Assembly: GCA_030638575.1 (NCBI GenBank)
Contig: DAOWEJ010000105.1
Span: forward strand, 1 to 55,072
From: Deltaproteobacteria bacterium
GTDB taxonomy: Bacteria > Desulfobacterota > Desulfobacteria > Desulfobacterales > JAUWMJ01
Length of the DNA stretch: 55,072 bases
Reading direction: 5' to 3'
Positions 1-10,005 of this stretch are shown in pieces. The notes beneath the pieces were generated by a model. That model was not told the DNA's origin. It did no database searches and saw nothing but the letters and a program-made list of their open reading frames with translations. Position numbers and translations under genes: made by a program. How positions within the stretch are numbered: the stretch's first letter is position 1; each line of letters begins with the position of its first letter.

Positions 1-331
1 AATTGTCATCAGGATCAGGCGCAACTGCTGTGCAGTCACCGCCGTGCGGAACCACCTGCGTGGTTGTACCAAGAATACTTCCACCCGCGTTAGCCACAAA
101 TTCCACCGTGTATGTGTCAATGGCAAAGTTCGCATAGATCGTCATAGGCGAGGTAACATTCGTCACAGTCAGTGGATCTTCAGTGCCTGTATGATCGCCT
201 GTCCAGTCGACAAAGTGATAATTGTCATCAGGATCAGGCTCAACTGCTGTGCAGTCACCGCCGTGCGGAACCACCTGCGTGGTTGTACCAAGAATACTTC
301 CACCCGCGTTAGCCACAAATTCCACCGTGTA
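1..331. repeat. 219-bp-period intragenic tandem repeat (73-aa domain)
   Basis: 1-112 matches 220-331 with one mismatch (position 21). Confidence 0.95.
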
Positions 332-1708
332 CGCCAAATATTCGTAGGCACCCATATCAACGATCGGGATCCCTAAGACACCGGCGTTGCCAGTATCTCC
401 AGTCGCGGGGTCATCAAAGCGACGCGGGTTGTCGTCCAGATCGTTCGGGATCACCTCGCCTGTGTCGGTATCGTTATCAAGATCTGCTAAATCGTCTGGA
501 AGTGCATCGTTGTCGGCCGCATCAATAGCCGGAGATCCTGCAACTATATGATAGTCAAGAACCCCGGCGAAATCAGGATCCTGGCTAATATTCCCGTTAC
601 CGGCATATCCTGTCTGATCAATATCGGAGTAAGAAACATCAGGCGTACCGCTAAAAGTATAGATCTCATTCCCATCAGTAGTTGCTGTATCTCCCCACAG
701 GATGCAGTTTGTGATGACGGGGCTGGATGCATAGTTAAAGATCGCGCCACCGTAGTTTGCGTCGTTTTCCGAAAAAGTGCAGTTTGTGATAATGGGGTTG
801 GATGTGTCGTTCCTGATTGCCCCCCCCTGGTAATCTGTGTTATTTCCCGAAAAAACGCAGTTTGTGATGATGGGGTCAGAGCCGCTGTTGCAAATCCCGC
901 CGCCTTCCCCGCCGGTATTTAGGGAGTTATCCCAGAAGGTACAGTTGGTTATGATGGTAGAAGGTGAAGTCCTGTTGTAGATCGCGCCGCCGTTGTCTGC
1001 GCCGTTATCTGAAAAGCTACACCTGGTAATCATGGTATCTACTGAGTAAATGTAGATCCCACCGCCGTCCCCTGCGGTGTTTCCCGAAATAATACAGTTG
1101 GTGATGGTAACAGTGGATGGCGAGTTGATCATGAAAATCCCGCCGCCCAGGGTTGTAGCCTCGTTTGATTGAACGGTGCAGTTGGTAATAGTGGGGGAGC
1201 AAGCTTCGATGAAGATTCCCGCACCGCGATCATTTATGCTACCACCATTAGCAAGACCTCCGGTGATAGTAAATCCATCTATGGCTGCATCTGCGGTCAT
1301 ATAAAAACAGTGATAAACCGCATTATTCCCATTCACCGTGGTCACAAATGTTTCCCAGTCCCTGTCCCCCCAGCCGGGATCTCCACCCGTGGGGAAACCA
1401 CCATAGATATAAACCGCCTTGTCCACATCAATTTGAGAGGTAAGGGTATATGTACCTTCCCTAACCCAGATTTCGTCGTCCGCCACGGTCGCCACATCGT
1501 CTATAGCCGCTTGAATTGTCTGAAAGGCCAGAGCCCAAGTTGTTCCATCTCCCCCGCCGGCCGCACCCACATCCACGTAAACCGTATCAGCTTGAGCGCT
1601 GGATAATGGGCTTAGCGTAAAAGCAAGTACGCAAAAAACCGCCAACCACAAAACCTTAATAATACGATTATTTTTTACCTTAAAAAGACCTCTCATGTTT
1701 ACCTTCAT
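1..1708 (-). CDS. Large secreted/surface protein (runs off the left end): signal peptide, right-handed parallel beta-helix repeats, choice-of-anchor-Q-like segment, then tandem InlB B-repeat-like (Flg_new_2-type) domains
   Basis: Absent from the ORF track because no stop is reached in the window. ATG at 1708 with AAGGAGG RBS at ~1714-1720. Manual translation of parts: MKVNMRGLFK...LSSAQA-DTVYVD..GDGTTWALAFQTIQAAID..EIWVREGTY; GSPAIDAADN...DLDDNPR...VDMGAYE; YTVEFVANAGGSILGTTTQVVPHGGDCTAV...YHFVDWTGD...IYANF. Confidence 0.85.
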   Translation of the reverse strand, partial: MKVNMRGLFKVKNNRIIKVLWLAVFCVLAFTLSPLSSAQADTVYVDVGAAGGGDGTTWALAFQTIQAAIDDVATVADDEIWVREGTYTLTSQIDVDKAVYIYGGFPTGGDPGWGDRDWETFVTTVNGNNAVYHCFYMTADAAIDGFTITGGLANGGSINDRGAGIFIEACSPTITNCTVQSNEATTLGGGIFMINSPSTVTITNCIISGNTAGDGGGIYIYSVDTMITRCSFSDNGADNGGAIYNRTSPSTIITNCTFWDNSLNTGGEGGGICNSGSDPIITNCVFSGNNTDYQGGAIRNDTSNPIITNCTFSENDANYGGAIFNYASSPVITNCILWGDTATTDGNEIYTFSGTPDVSYSDIDQTGYAGNGNISQDPDFAGVLDYHIVAGSPAIDAADNDALPDDLADLDNDTDTGEVIPNDLDDNPRRFDDPATGDTGNAGVLGIPIVDMGAYEYLAYTVEFVANAGGSILGTTTQVVPHGGDCTAVEPDPDDNYHFVDWTGDHTGTEDPLTVTNVTSPMTIYANFAIDTYTVEFVANAGGSILGTTTQVVPHGGDCTAVAPDPDDN

Positions 1709-1727
1709 TTTTTCCTCCTTTTGTAGT

Positions 1728-1906
1728 GGAATGGATTCGATTTTATTATTTTTTATTAGACAGGATTTATAGGATTCTTTGTTTATGACTTTCCAGAAGA
1801 AAGTCATAAAATTCCCCAGTTAAATGGTCCTTCGGAATTTAACGCGGCAGGCGGGCCCCGGTTAAATTCGCTTCGCTCCTCATTGGCATGAATTTAACAA
1901 GGCAGG
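1728..1906. repeat. Partial family-A cassette (left end) with two nested GGCAGGC-tailed hairpin inserts
   Basis: GGAATGGATTCGA 1728-1740, GACAGGATTTATAGGATT 1759-1776, hairpin 1782-1810, inserts CCCC..GTTAAAT..ATTTAAC..GGCAGGC at ~1814-1851 and ~1856-1906. Confidence 0.75.
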
Positions 1907-1958
1907 CCTGCAGCAAACAGTATGACATAAGAAATTTTGAACTCTGAGGGTGGTTATA

Positions 1959-1975
1959 AGCAATTGATGTGCCAA
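1959..1975 (-). promoter_or_regulatory. sigma54 (-24/-12) promoter for the surface protein gene
   Basis: Minus strand TTGGCACATCAATTGCT matches TGGCAC-N5-TTGC. Confidence 0.85.
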
Positions 1976-2117
1976 ACGGGCTGATTTTCCTTTTAAAATA
2001 TAATATTTATATTTAGATGAATTATCAGCAGGTTAGTCAACAGGTTGTAAACTGTGATCATATAAACTACAAGTGTTTTTCAGGGGTTTGGTTAGAGTAG
2101 GTAAATTATTACATAAT

Positions 2118-2311
2118 GAGACCTTTGAAAAACGGCACTTTTCGAAGTCTTGCGCTTATCTGCCCGATTTCTGCGTCAGGCTCAAATTTCGGCACTTTTG
2201 TGAAGCTTTAGCGCTATCCTCGATCCGCCTTAGGTGGACCTGTGGTTGATCCGCCTTGGGCGGATCGCCTTCCTTGAACTCGAACAAAAATTACCATTTT
2301 TCAAAGGTCTC
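2118..2311. mobile_element. MITE family C, copy 1 (IS5-like ends)
   Basis: TIR GAGACCTTTGAAAAA...TTTTTCAAAGGTCTC; flanks ATAAT/ATTAT (degenerate 5-bp TSD); homologous to 24676-24842 and 25255-25396. Confidence 0.85.
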
Positions 2312-2450
2312 ATTATAATAAGTAAATATAGGTAATTCATTACACATTTTATGAAATAAATTGCACTTTGAAATTTTAAATCCGAACGAAAACTGCATCG
2401 CTTCGCGAAGTTTTTACTGCCCAAAGGGCATGCAACCTTTTCCTGGCTTC

Positions 2451-4148
2451 CTACCCTCCCAGCTTTTTCCCATTTACTTCGTCTTTAATACGCTTTACAT
2501 GACCCCGGCCTAAGCCTTTTACTTCACAACCGAGTTCAAAGTATCGTCGAATCTTGTTATCATCAAGCAGGCCAAAGCAATCGATAACAGCTGCAGGGCG
2601 GCCTATAAATTCTACCACGGTCTCCGGACTTAACTCCATGTATTCCTGGTGTCTGACGGCAAGCACAACTGCATCAGCGCCATGGAGTGTATCTTGTAAG
2701 TCTTTTTGAACACGAATTTCATTAAGATTTTCCTGGTTGCGGAAGAACCTTGCCATGGAGTGGCCGGGTGCAGGATATGTATCCTGTTTTTCAAGTTCCC
2801 ACCAGTGTTTGACATATGGATCGTGAACAACGACATCTCCTCCCATTTCCGTTATTTTCCTGACGATAATCTCAGATCCGCTGTAACGCGTATCTCCCAC
2901 ATCCTCCCTGTATGAGACTCCAAGAACGGCAACCCTTGAAGCAGCAACGATTTTTCCCATGTTCCGAAGTGCATCCCGAACCAGTTGGGCCACATGAAGT
3001 GATCTGGTATCGTTTATGTTAATAGAGGACGGTGTGATCTGAAAAATATCATCTTCAAAGCCCATGAGTGTGTGATAGGCCCATACACCCAACCCGCCGT
3101 CTTTTGGCAGGCAGTATCCACCGATTCCGGGCCCTGGAAAAATAATATTTGAATGGGTTGGCCGAACCTTAATGGCTTTAATCACTTTTGTCAGGTCCAC
3201 ACCATTTCTTTCGGAAAACAGACTCCACTCATTTAAAAAAGCAAGTATTGAAGCGCGATAAGAATTCTCTACTATTTTGCACGTTTCGCTTTCAATGGGA
3301 CGATCCAACACCGTAAGAGGATATTTATCCACATTGATAATATTTGACAGGAAATCGGTAACACGTTTGCGCGCTGCTTCGTTGATACCACTGCAAACCC
3401 GCCAAAAATCGCGGATGGAAGCCACATAATTTCGACCAGGCATGACGCGTTCAAAAGAATGGGCAAGAAGCGGTTCTGTATTTTGAAGGCCTCGATTTTC
3501 GAAGGACTTTTTGATAATGGGGTAGGCCACGTATTCAGTTGTACCTGGAGGAACAGTCGTTTCTATTAAAACCAGGCATTCGGGGTTAATTCTCTCCCCT
3601 ATAGTTTTCAGGCTGCTTTCCAGGGCTTCAATATCGGCACGACCCTGCATGACATTGCCGAAAGTTTCCTTGTAATAGTCACACTGAACATCCACGACAA
3701 CAATATCGGCAAGGGCAAGGACATCGTATGTATATGTCGCCGTCAATGTCTTTTTGTCATTAACACATCGGTAAATCAAAGGCGCCACTTCCGGATCTTC
3801 TGCTTCTACCGGAGCAATTCCGCGGTTGAGATAAGGAATTTTCCAAAAGGATCTAACTGAAGGTCTCTGCATACCGATGACAAAATATTTTGGATCTCCG
3901 GAATCAGAGGAAATTGAGTCTGCAACGACTCCTGCCATAACAGCACCTACAAAGCCAACACCCATTACAACAACAATTTCCCGCCCCATAAGTCGTTGCT
4001 CGTTGATAACTTTTTGCAGTCGCTTGAATTCTTCTTTGTAATCTTCTTCACATGGAAGCTGGAAGGTTTCACCGGAAGGGCAAATGGAAACCGCTTGTTC
4101 AGCTTGATCAGTTTCAGTTTTAACAGTCAGTTCTCTTGGTTGTTGCAT
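2451..4148 (-). CDS. Nucleotide-sugar dehydrogenase (UDP-GlcNAc/GDP-mannose 6-dehydrogenase family, WbpA-like)
   Basis: GVGFVG Rossmann motif, ETTVPPGTT, PGPGIGGYCLPKD, DTRYS; 565 aa. Confidence 0.9.
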   Translation of the reverse strand: MQQPRELTVKTETDQAEQAVSICPSGETFQLPCEEDYKEEFKRLQKVINEQRLMGREIVVVMGVGFVGAVMAGVVADSISSDSGDPKYFVIGMQRPSVRSFWKIPYLNRGIAPVEAEDPEVAPLIYRCVNDKKTLTATYTYDVLALADIVVVDVQCDYYKETFGNVMQGRADIEALESSLKTIGERINPECLVLIETTVPPGTTEYVAYPIIKKSFENRGLQNTEPLLAHSFERVMPGRNYVASIRDFWRVCSGINEAARKRVTDFLSNIINVDKYPLTVLDRPIESETCKIVENSYRASILAFLNEWSLFSERNGVDLTKVIKAIKVRPTHSNIIFPGPGIGGYCLPKDGGLGVWAYHTLMGFEDDIFQITPSSININDTRSLHVAQLVRDALRNMGKIVAASRVAVLGVSYREDVGDTRYSGSEIIVRKITEMGGDVVVHDPYVKHWWELEKQDTYPAPGHSMARFFRNQENLNEIRVQKDLQDTLHGADAVVLAVRHQEYMELSPETVVEFIGRPAAVIDCFGLLDDNKIRRYFELGCEVKGLGRGHVKRIKDEVNGKKLGG

Positions 4149-4167
4149 TTTATCTCCTGTGTTGAGT

Positions 4168-4387
4168 GGAATGGATTCGATTTTATTCTTAATAATTTAG
4201 ACAGGATCTACAAGATTAACTGGATTTGTTTTTCCAGGTTGTATTGGTATGTCATAGAAAGTAACGAATTGTCTGCGCTATATGAACTTACACGGGTGTT
4301 TTTTCCGCTGAAAGCGGATTATGTTTTTCCGGTTTCTTCCGGAAACCGGAAAACAAACATCCTGAAAATCCTGTAGATCCTGTCTAA
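4168..4387. repeat. Family-A inverted 9-mer cassette
   Basis: TTAGACAGGATCTACAAGATT (4197) and AATCCTGTAGATCCTGTCTAA (ends 4387) form a 20/21 inverted match; internal CCGCTGAAAGCGG and TTTCCGGTTTC..GAAACCGGAAA hairpins; outer GGAATGGATTCGA at 4168. Confidence 0.9.
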
Positions 4388-4857
4388 CTTATTTCTCGTA
4401 TAACCCTGGCGGGATTGCCGGCAACGATTACTTCATCCGGAACGTCCTCGATCACCACACTGCCTGCACCAACAATTGAACCGGCTCCTATTGTTATTCC
4501 GCACATTATGGTTGCATTGGAACCGATGGATGCTGCCTGCTTTACAATAGTTGGAACAACCTCCCAGTCTTCTTCTGTTTGAAGGCCACCTGAATCACTG
4601 GCAGCCCTCGGAAATTTATCGTTAATGAACATCACACCGTGACCGACAAAAACGTCGTCTTCAATGGTTACGCCTTCGCAAATGAAGGTGTGGCTGGAAA
4701 TCTTACAGCGGTTTCCGACTGAAGCGTTTTTCTGCACCTCTACAAATGCTCCTATCTTTGTGTCATCTCCTATCCGGCAACCATAGAGGTTAATAAAACT
4801 ACCTAAAAATACATTTTTGCCAAGGATGACATCAGGTGCTATTTTTTTTGTTTCCAT
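4384..4857 (-). CDS. Hexapeptide-repeat N-acetyltransferase (WbpD/WlbB-like)
   Basis: Left-handed beta-helix repeats, FINDKFPRA, AGNPARV. Confidence 0.9.
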   Translation of the reverse strand: METKKIAPDVILGKNVFLGSFINLYGCRIGDDTKIGAFVEVQKNASVGNRCKISSHTFICEGVTIEDDVFVGHGVMFINDKFPRAASDSGGLQTEEDWEVVPTIVKQAASIGSNATIMCGITIGAGSIVGAGSVVIEDVPDEVIVAGNPARVIREIS

Positions 4858-4875
4858 ATTATTTATTGAATTTTT

Positions 4876-5318
4876 TTAGACAGGATTAACCCCGGTGAAA
4901 TGGTTTTTAATTTCACTGGGCAGGCAGGATAGACTGGATTTTCTGTTCACGGCTTTCCAGAATAAAGCCATGAAATACAATCGCCTTCGGCGAAGAAAAG
5001 ATAATGACATGCATTATTTATAGCACATTACATTGGTCGTATTCATATCAAATGAAAGTTTAAAAAATAAGCTATATTAACAGTCTATTTCCGCTGAAAG
5101 CGGATTAAGTTTTCCCACTTCCATCCAGCCGTCGCAGCTTGGCAGATGCTATGGCGAGGCAAGCAGCGAAGTGGGAAAGAATAAAAATTATCCTGAAAAT
5201 CCCTGGCCCAGACCTGGTTTTAAGAATAACACCTAACTGAAGCTATTATCTAACACTTAATAACAACATATAAACGAAACTGCTCTCGTCGCGCCAGGGC
5301 AGGCTTGTAAATCCTGTC
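4876..5318. repeat. Family-A cassette with three nested inserts
   Basis: TTAGACAGGATT...AATCCTGTC ends; TCGCCTTCGGCGA and CCGCTGAAAGCGG hairpins; inserts at ~4890-4925, 5126-5164 and ~5200-5304. Confidence 0.85.
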
Positions 5319-5332
5319 AGCTAATAATTTGT

Positions 5333-6343
5333 TCAAGAAATATCAACAGGAGCACCCTGGTTTTTCAGGGATTCTTCTGAGGCCACCAGAATTTTAACCA
5401 CTTCAAGGCCTGCAACTCCGTCTGTCTCCGGCTGTTTTCCATTTAAAATACAATCTGCAAAATGTTCTGCCTCCATTGCCAAAGCTTCGCAGTCGTCCAG
5501 TTTTGGGGCAAGCATATCACCTACTCTATACTGGACTTTCAGGTGATACAAATCCTCTTTTGTCTCATAAAGATCGACGCCCTTGTCATAGATCTTTATT
5601 TTTTCGCTCGGCTCATTATCATCATAAAGAACCATTTTAGCAGTACCCCCGATCAATGTCTGGCGTAGCTTAACAGGTGATACCCAGCTGACGTTGATAT
5701 GAGCCACGATATTTTTTTCCATGTAAATCGTAAGAAGGGACTTGGGGACTATGCCGTTTCCATAAAAATGCGATCCGGTTGCGGATACGGCAACCTTTTT
5801 AAAGGGCATTAAATAATCCATTATCGAAATGTCGTGTGGTGCCAGATCCCAGACAACATTTACATCCTGCTGAAAAAGACCCAGGTTCATCCGTGTGGAA
5901 TCATAGTATATCAAGTCGCCCAGCTCGCCCTTTTCAATGATTTCTTTTATCTTACGAACCGCTCCGGTATATACAAAAGTATGGTCAACTAATAAAACCT
6001 TGTTTTTCTTCTGTGCAAGATCAATTAACTCTTCACCCTGCTCAACCTTCTCAGTCATGGGCTTTTCCAACCATACATGTTTACCTGATAAAATAGCATT
6101 TTTAGCCAATTCAAAATGTGTTGAAACCGGGGTAGCGACAGCGATTGCATCAAGTTGGGTATCGTTAAAAAGCTCTTCGACATTGCTGACCAGTTTCACA
6201 TTAGGATACAATTTACCGGCAGCCTCCAACCGGTCTGGAGAAAAGTCACATATTGAAGAAAGTTCTATTTCAGAGTTGTTGTTAAAGTTTCTGGCCAGGT
6301 TCGGCCCCCAATAGCCATAGCCTATTAGTCCTATTTTTATCAT
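5333..6343 (-). CDS. Gfo/Idh/MocA oxidoreductase (WbpB/WlbA-like)
   Basis: GYGYWG, EKP, WDLAPHD motifs. Confidence 0.9.
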   Translation of the reverse strand: MIKIGLIGYGYWGPNLARNFNNNSEIELSSICDFSPDRLEAAGKLYPNVKLVSNVEELFNDTQLDAIAVATPVSTHFELAKNAILSGKHVWLEKPMTEKVEQGEELIDLAQKKNKVLLVDHTFVYTGAVRKIKEIIEKGELGDLIYYDSTRMNLGLFQQDVNVVWDLAPHDISIMDYLMPFKKVAVSATGSHFYGNGIVPKSLLTIYMEKNIVAHINVSWVSPVKLRQTLIGGTAKMVLYDDNEPSEKIKIYDKGVDLYETKEDLYHLKVQYRVGDMLAPKLDDCEALAMEAEHFADCILNGKQPETDGVAGLEVVKILVASEESLKNQGAPVDIS

Positions 6344-6369
6344 GATATATCTCCTTATTATTTAAAAGA

Positions 6370-6777
6370 GGAATGGATTCGATTATATATCGTTTGGTGG
6401 ACAGGATTTACAGGATTTTTTGGATTGTTTTTGTTGTTTTCAGTTTCCTGAAGAAACTGAAAACACACAATCGCCTTCGGAGAAACTTATTTATTTTCCA
6501 AATAAAAAACTCCGAATAGTTACGACTAAATTAAGTTTGCTTTATCTAATGACCAAAAGACTTTTTTACCGTAGCAAGCGGAACTTTTTTTGGGTTTTTA
6601 GCGGCTCAGCAATAAATAGGTCGTCAAAAAGCGTAGCTTTGTATTGTAGCAATAAATGTTTAATTCTTCGCCGGAGGCGAATGGAACTTTCAGGCTTTCT
6701 TCCGGAAAGCCTGAAAAAACATCTTGTCCATCCTGTTAATCCTGTCAAAAAATTACACTAAAGATCAAATCCATTCC
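6370..6777. repeat. Family-A cassette with complete outer inverted repeat
   Basis: Outer GGAATGGATTCGAT (6370) / ATCAAATCCATTCC (6764-6777); inner GACAGGATTTACAGGATT / ATCCTGTTAATCCTGTC; two internal hairpin pairs. Confidence 0.9.
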
Positions 6778-7886
6778 TATTTATTATTCATGAATTCTTT
6801 TATAGATTCTGCAACGTATTCAATCTGTTCTTTTGACAATTGAGGGTACATTGGAAGAGAAATCAAGCGGCCGGCCACATTTTCGGTGACCGGAAATGCT
6901 CCTTCTTTAAACCCAAAATGCGCATACGCCTTTTGAAGATGCAACGGTGCGGGATAGTGTAAGCCTGTTGCAATTCCCTTATCGCCTAGGAACTGTTGCA
7001 GGCGGTCACGATCATCTATTAAAATAACGTAAAGGTGGTAAACCGATACGGCAAAATCAGCTTCTACCGGTATGGTGACTCCTGGAATTTCAGACAGGAG
7101 TTCGTTGTAATAAGCGGCATTTTCCCTGCGAGAACGGTTCCAAGCACCGAGTCTTTTAAGCTTTATGCGTAATACACCGGCCTGGATGGCATCGAGGCGG
7201 CCATTGTATCCTTCGATTTGGTGAAAATATTTCTTTTCTTGGCCATGGTCTCTGATCATGCGAATCTTATCAGCGATTTCATCGTCCTGTGTCACAACCG
7301 CACCTGCTTCTCCAAATGCGCCCAGATTCTTTCCCGGATAAAAACTGAAACATCCCGCAATACCCATAGCTCCGGCCTTCTTTCCCTTATATAAAGCACC
7401 ATGTGCCTGGCATGAGTCTTCAATAACGACCAGGTCATGCCTTTTAGCGATATCGAGGATTGGGTCCATATCCGCCGGCTGACCATATAAGTGAACAGGG
7501 ATAATTGCTTTTGTCTTTTCAGTAATTTTGTCTTCAATCTGAAAAAAATCGATATTGGAAGTATCAGGGTAAATATCAACAAAGACAGGAACAGCACCGA
7601 CCTGGGAAATTGCTTCTGTTGTTGCAATAAAAGTATTCGGCACCGTTATTACTTCATCACCCGGACCGACCCCGACTGCCATGAGAGCAAAACGAAGCGC
7701 GTCGGTTCCAGAACCGACCCCCACACAAAATTTACTGTCACATAAACTTGCGAACTCTTCTTCAAAACCGGACACCTGTGGGCCTCCGATGAATGAGGCG
7801 TTCTCCATAGCATCAGTCACCATGGGTAAAACTTCCTGTTCAATCTCTCTATACTGAATTTTCAGGTCAAGAAAAGGTACTTTCAT
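6777..7886 (-). CDS. DegT/DnrJ/EryC1/StrS PLP aminotransferase (WbpE-like)
   Basis: GSGTDAL, VHLYGQ, EDSCQAHG, FSFYPGKNLGAFGEAG. Confidence 0.95.
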   Translation of the reverse strand: MKVPFLDLKIQYREIEQEVLPMVTDAMENASFIGGPQVSGFEEEFASLCDSKFCVGVGSGTDALRFALMAVGVGPGDEVITVPNTFIATTEAISQVGAVPVFVDIYPDTSNIDFFQIEDKITEKTKAIIPVHLYGQPADMDPILDIAKRHDLVVIEDSCQAHGALYKGKKAGAMGIAGCFSFYPGKNLGAFGEAGAVVTQDDEIADKIRMIRDHGQEKKYFHQIEGYNGRLDAIQAGVLRIKLKRLGAWNRSRRENAAYYNELLSEIPGVTIPVEADFAVSVYHLYVILIDDRDRLQQFLGDKGIATGLHYPAPLHLQKAYAHFGFKEGAFPVTENVAGRLISLPMYPQLSKEQIEYVAESIKEFMNNK

Positions 7887-7918
7887 AATGATTCTTCTCC
7901 TTGAATTTTATTTTTATC

Positions 7919-8173
7919 GACAGGATTAACCCCGGTGAAATGGTTTTTAATTTCACTGGGCAGGCAGGGCAAGCAATCGCCTTCGGCGAACAAGAGATAA
8001 TGACATGCATTTTATAGCACATTGCATTGGTCGTATTCAGATCAAATGAAAGTTTAAAAAATGAGTTGTATAAACAGTCTATTTCCGCTGAAAGCGGATT
8101 AGATTTAATCACTTCCATCCGGGAAGTGATTAAAATAGAAACTATCCTGTATAATCCTGTCAATCCTGTCTAA
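7919..8173. repeat. Family-A cassette, close relative of 4876-5318
   Basis: GACAGGATTAAC...ATCCTGTATAATCCTGTCAATCCTGTCTAA; long near-identical stretches shared with 4880-5107. Confidence 0.9.
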
Positions 8174-8176
8174 TAT

Positions 8177-9031
8177 TTAATTTAGTTTTGTTAGGAGGAT
8201 CAGGAGTTGCTCTGCAACCTTTTTCCGGCCTGTTTCATTAAGGTGACCACCGTCGTAAGTGTATTCCGGGACAAGGGTATAATAAGTTTTTCCGCTTTTT
8301 GTAAATGACGAACGCGTCCCATCGGGAAAAGTTGATTCTATCTTTGCGAGGTCGAAGATGGGAGCTTTCCCATCGTATTCTTGAACAAGCATCTCATTGA
8401 AGAGACTCCTTTTTATATTGTCATGATAGTCAAAAACAGGTCTGCCGATAATCTTCTTTATTGCATTCTTGGCGCTCCTGATCAAACCCTGAAGGCCGAC
8501 TGGTTTGGAAGTGAGGGGTACGGTAACATGAACAAATGTTGTATTCGGATAAGCGTCTATTAATTTTGAAAGAGTATTTTTATAGTCATTGAAAATATTC
8601 CGAATTTCGGTTCCAGCCCTTACATCCACATAACAGAATTTAAAAAAGGCGATGTCCGCTTCCTTACCGATACCTCTATCCATAAAATTTGCAAAGGCGT
8701 CTATTTTTGATCCTGGATCAGTATTCTTACCAACCTTTGAATGTGCAAAAAGGCCAGATTTAAAATCAGATTGGTCGGTAGTTTCAATAATATTTAGCTT
8801 AATCTGAGGATTTTCTTTCATAAGGTCTTTGATGCCGTCTATGATATTGAAACCTACTGACTGGTGGCCAAAATATATCTTTTTTTGAGAAAGTTTTTCC
8901 CATTTAGCAGTCGGAATATCTTTTACGCTGGGAAATCGAGCTGCTTTTTCTGGCATTTCTCCTCCACTGCAACTGATTAATAAAAATGAAAACAAAGTTA
9001 TTATTAATAGAGATTTGTTGTTTAGTGTCAT
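8177..9031 (-). CDS. Lipoprotein, possible SGNH/GDSL-like fold
   Basis: Lipobox LISC; GHQSVG near the N-terminus and DGGHLN near the C-terminus. Confidence 0.7.
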   Translation of the reverse strand: MTLNNKSLLIITLFSFLLISCSGGEMPEKAARFPSVKDIPTAKWEKLSQKKIYFGHQSVGFNIIDGIKDLMKENPQIKLNIIETTDQSDFKSGLFAHSKVGKNTDPGSKIDAFANFMDRGIGKEADIAFFKFCYVDVRAGTEIRNIFNDYKNTLSKLIDAYPNTTFVHVTVPLTSKPVGLQGLIRSAKNAIKKIIGRPVFDYHDNIKRSLFNEMLVQEYDGKAPIFDLAKIESTFPDGTRSSFTKSGKTYYTLVPEYTYDGGHLNETGRKKVAEQLLILLTKLN

Positions 9032-9049
9032 TTTAGCCTCTCTGTGTTT

Positions 9050-9473
9050 GACAGGAATTACAGGATTTTCAGGATTGATTTGGTTTTTGGGTTTCTCAGT
9101 TTCCCCCTGCCCGCCATTGCTCTCGCGCAGGCGAGGCGGGCGGGGATGAAACTGAGAAAATACCCCAGGTTAAATACGCTACGCTGTCTTTTTTAAAGAA
9201 TTTAACAAGGCAAGCAATCGCCTTCGGTGAAGAAAATAGGTATTATTACTTTCGGCTGAAAGCGGATTAAGTTTCAGCACTTTCTTCCAGAAAGTGAGGG
9301 GAATAATAACTATCCTGAATATCCCTGGCCCAGACCTGGTTTCAAGAACAACAGTTAACTGAAGCCAGTATCTAACACTTAATAACAACATATAAACGAA
9401 ACTACTCTCGTCGCGCCAGGGCAGGCCCCGGTACCATCTGCCGGAGCTACAGGGCAGGCATGTTCATCCTGTC
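9050..9473. repeat. Family-A cassette with four nested inserts
   Basis: GACAGGAATTACAGGATTTTCAGGATT...ATCCTGTC; insert 9322-9426 is near-identical to 5200-5304. Confidence 0.85.
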
Positions 9474-9622
9474 AAAGATAAAAATACTTTAGACGCTTAT
9501 ACAGCTCCGCCTTCTGGATTACATACCTTGATGTAATCAAACTATATGTTATTACTACATTATTTAAACACAAACTTAAATTTTCATGAGAAGAGGTAAT
9601 TATGCTCTGAAGCGTTGTTATA

Positions 9623-9639
9623 AGCAATTGATGTGCCAA
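9623..9639 (-). promoter_or_regulatory. sigma54 promoter for the lipoprotein-wbp operon
   Basis: Minus strand TTGGCACATCAATTGCT, identical to 1959-1975. Confidence 0.85.
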
Positions 9640-9750
9640 AACGGATGATTTAGAATTTAAATTGCTGTATTATTATATATTAATATTTCAGACTGTTATG
9701 TGACAGTTTGTGTAATTAATAATATAAATGAAATAGGCCTTTTAAAGATG

Positions 9751-9830
9751 TGGTTAGAATGGGAAGGTTATTACACAATAACAGGGAAAGATAGGTAATT
9801 TATTGCACATTTTATGAAACTTATTACACA
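9751..9830. promoter_or_regulatory. Putative enhancer (bEBP upstream activating sequences)
   Basis: GTAA/GAAA-N5-TTACAC-like boxes; the block is homologous to 2089-2117 plus 2328-2366, at a similar distance (~112-114 bp) from the -24 element. Confidence 0.6.
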
Positions 9831-10005
9831 AACAAGGCTGGAAAGCTTGGAAACCAGGAAGCTTGGAAGCTGAATAGACCGAAATTTAGTATACTAGTGA
9901 TAAAAAAGAATGATCCTGAATATTATTGCCTGCCCCGTAGGGAGGAACTATCGTACTGGGGTGTGTCTGCCTGCCCCGTGGCTCCGGCAGATGGTCCCGG
10001 GGTGG

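Noticed and set aside
1-331. DGR template/variable repeat pair
   Set aside because: Only one mismatch, and the copies are in-frame tandem protein domains.
44-1606. Plus-strand ORFs 44-376, 548-922 and 1169-1606
   Set aside because: Antisense shadows of the long minus-strand surface-protein gene.
6420-8163. Short ORFs 6420-6761, 6566-6748 and 7867-8163 (also 3996-4376, 9179-9391, 19969-20179, 2230-2424)
   Set aside because: They lie in repeat cassettes or MITEs; their peptides (e.g. HPVNPV, MTGLTG) are translations of the repeats, with no coding signature.
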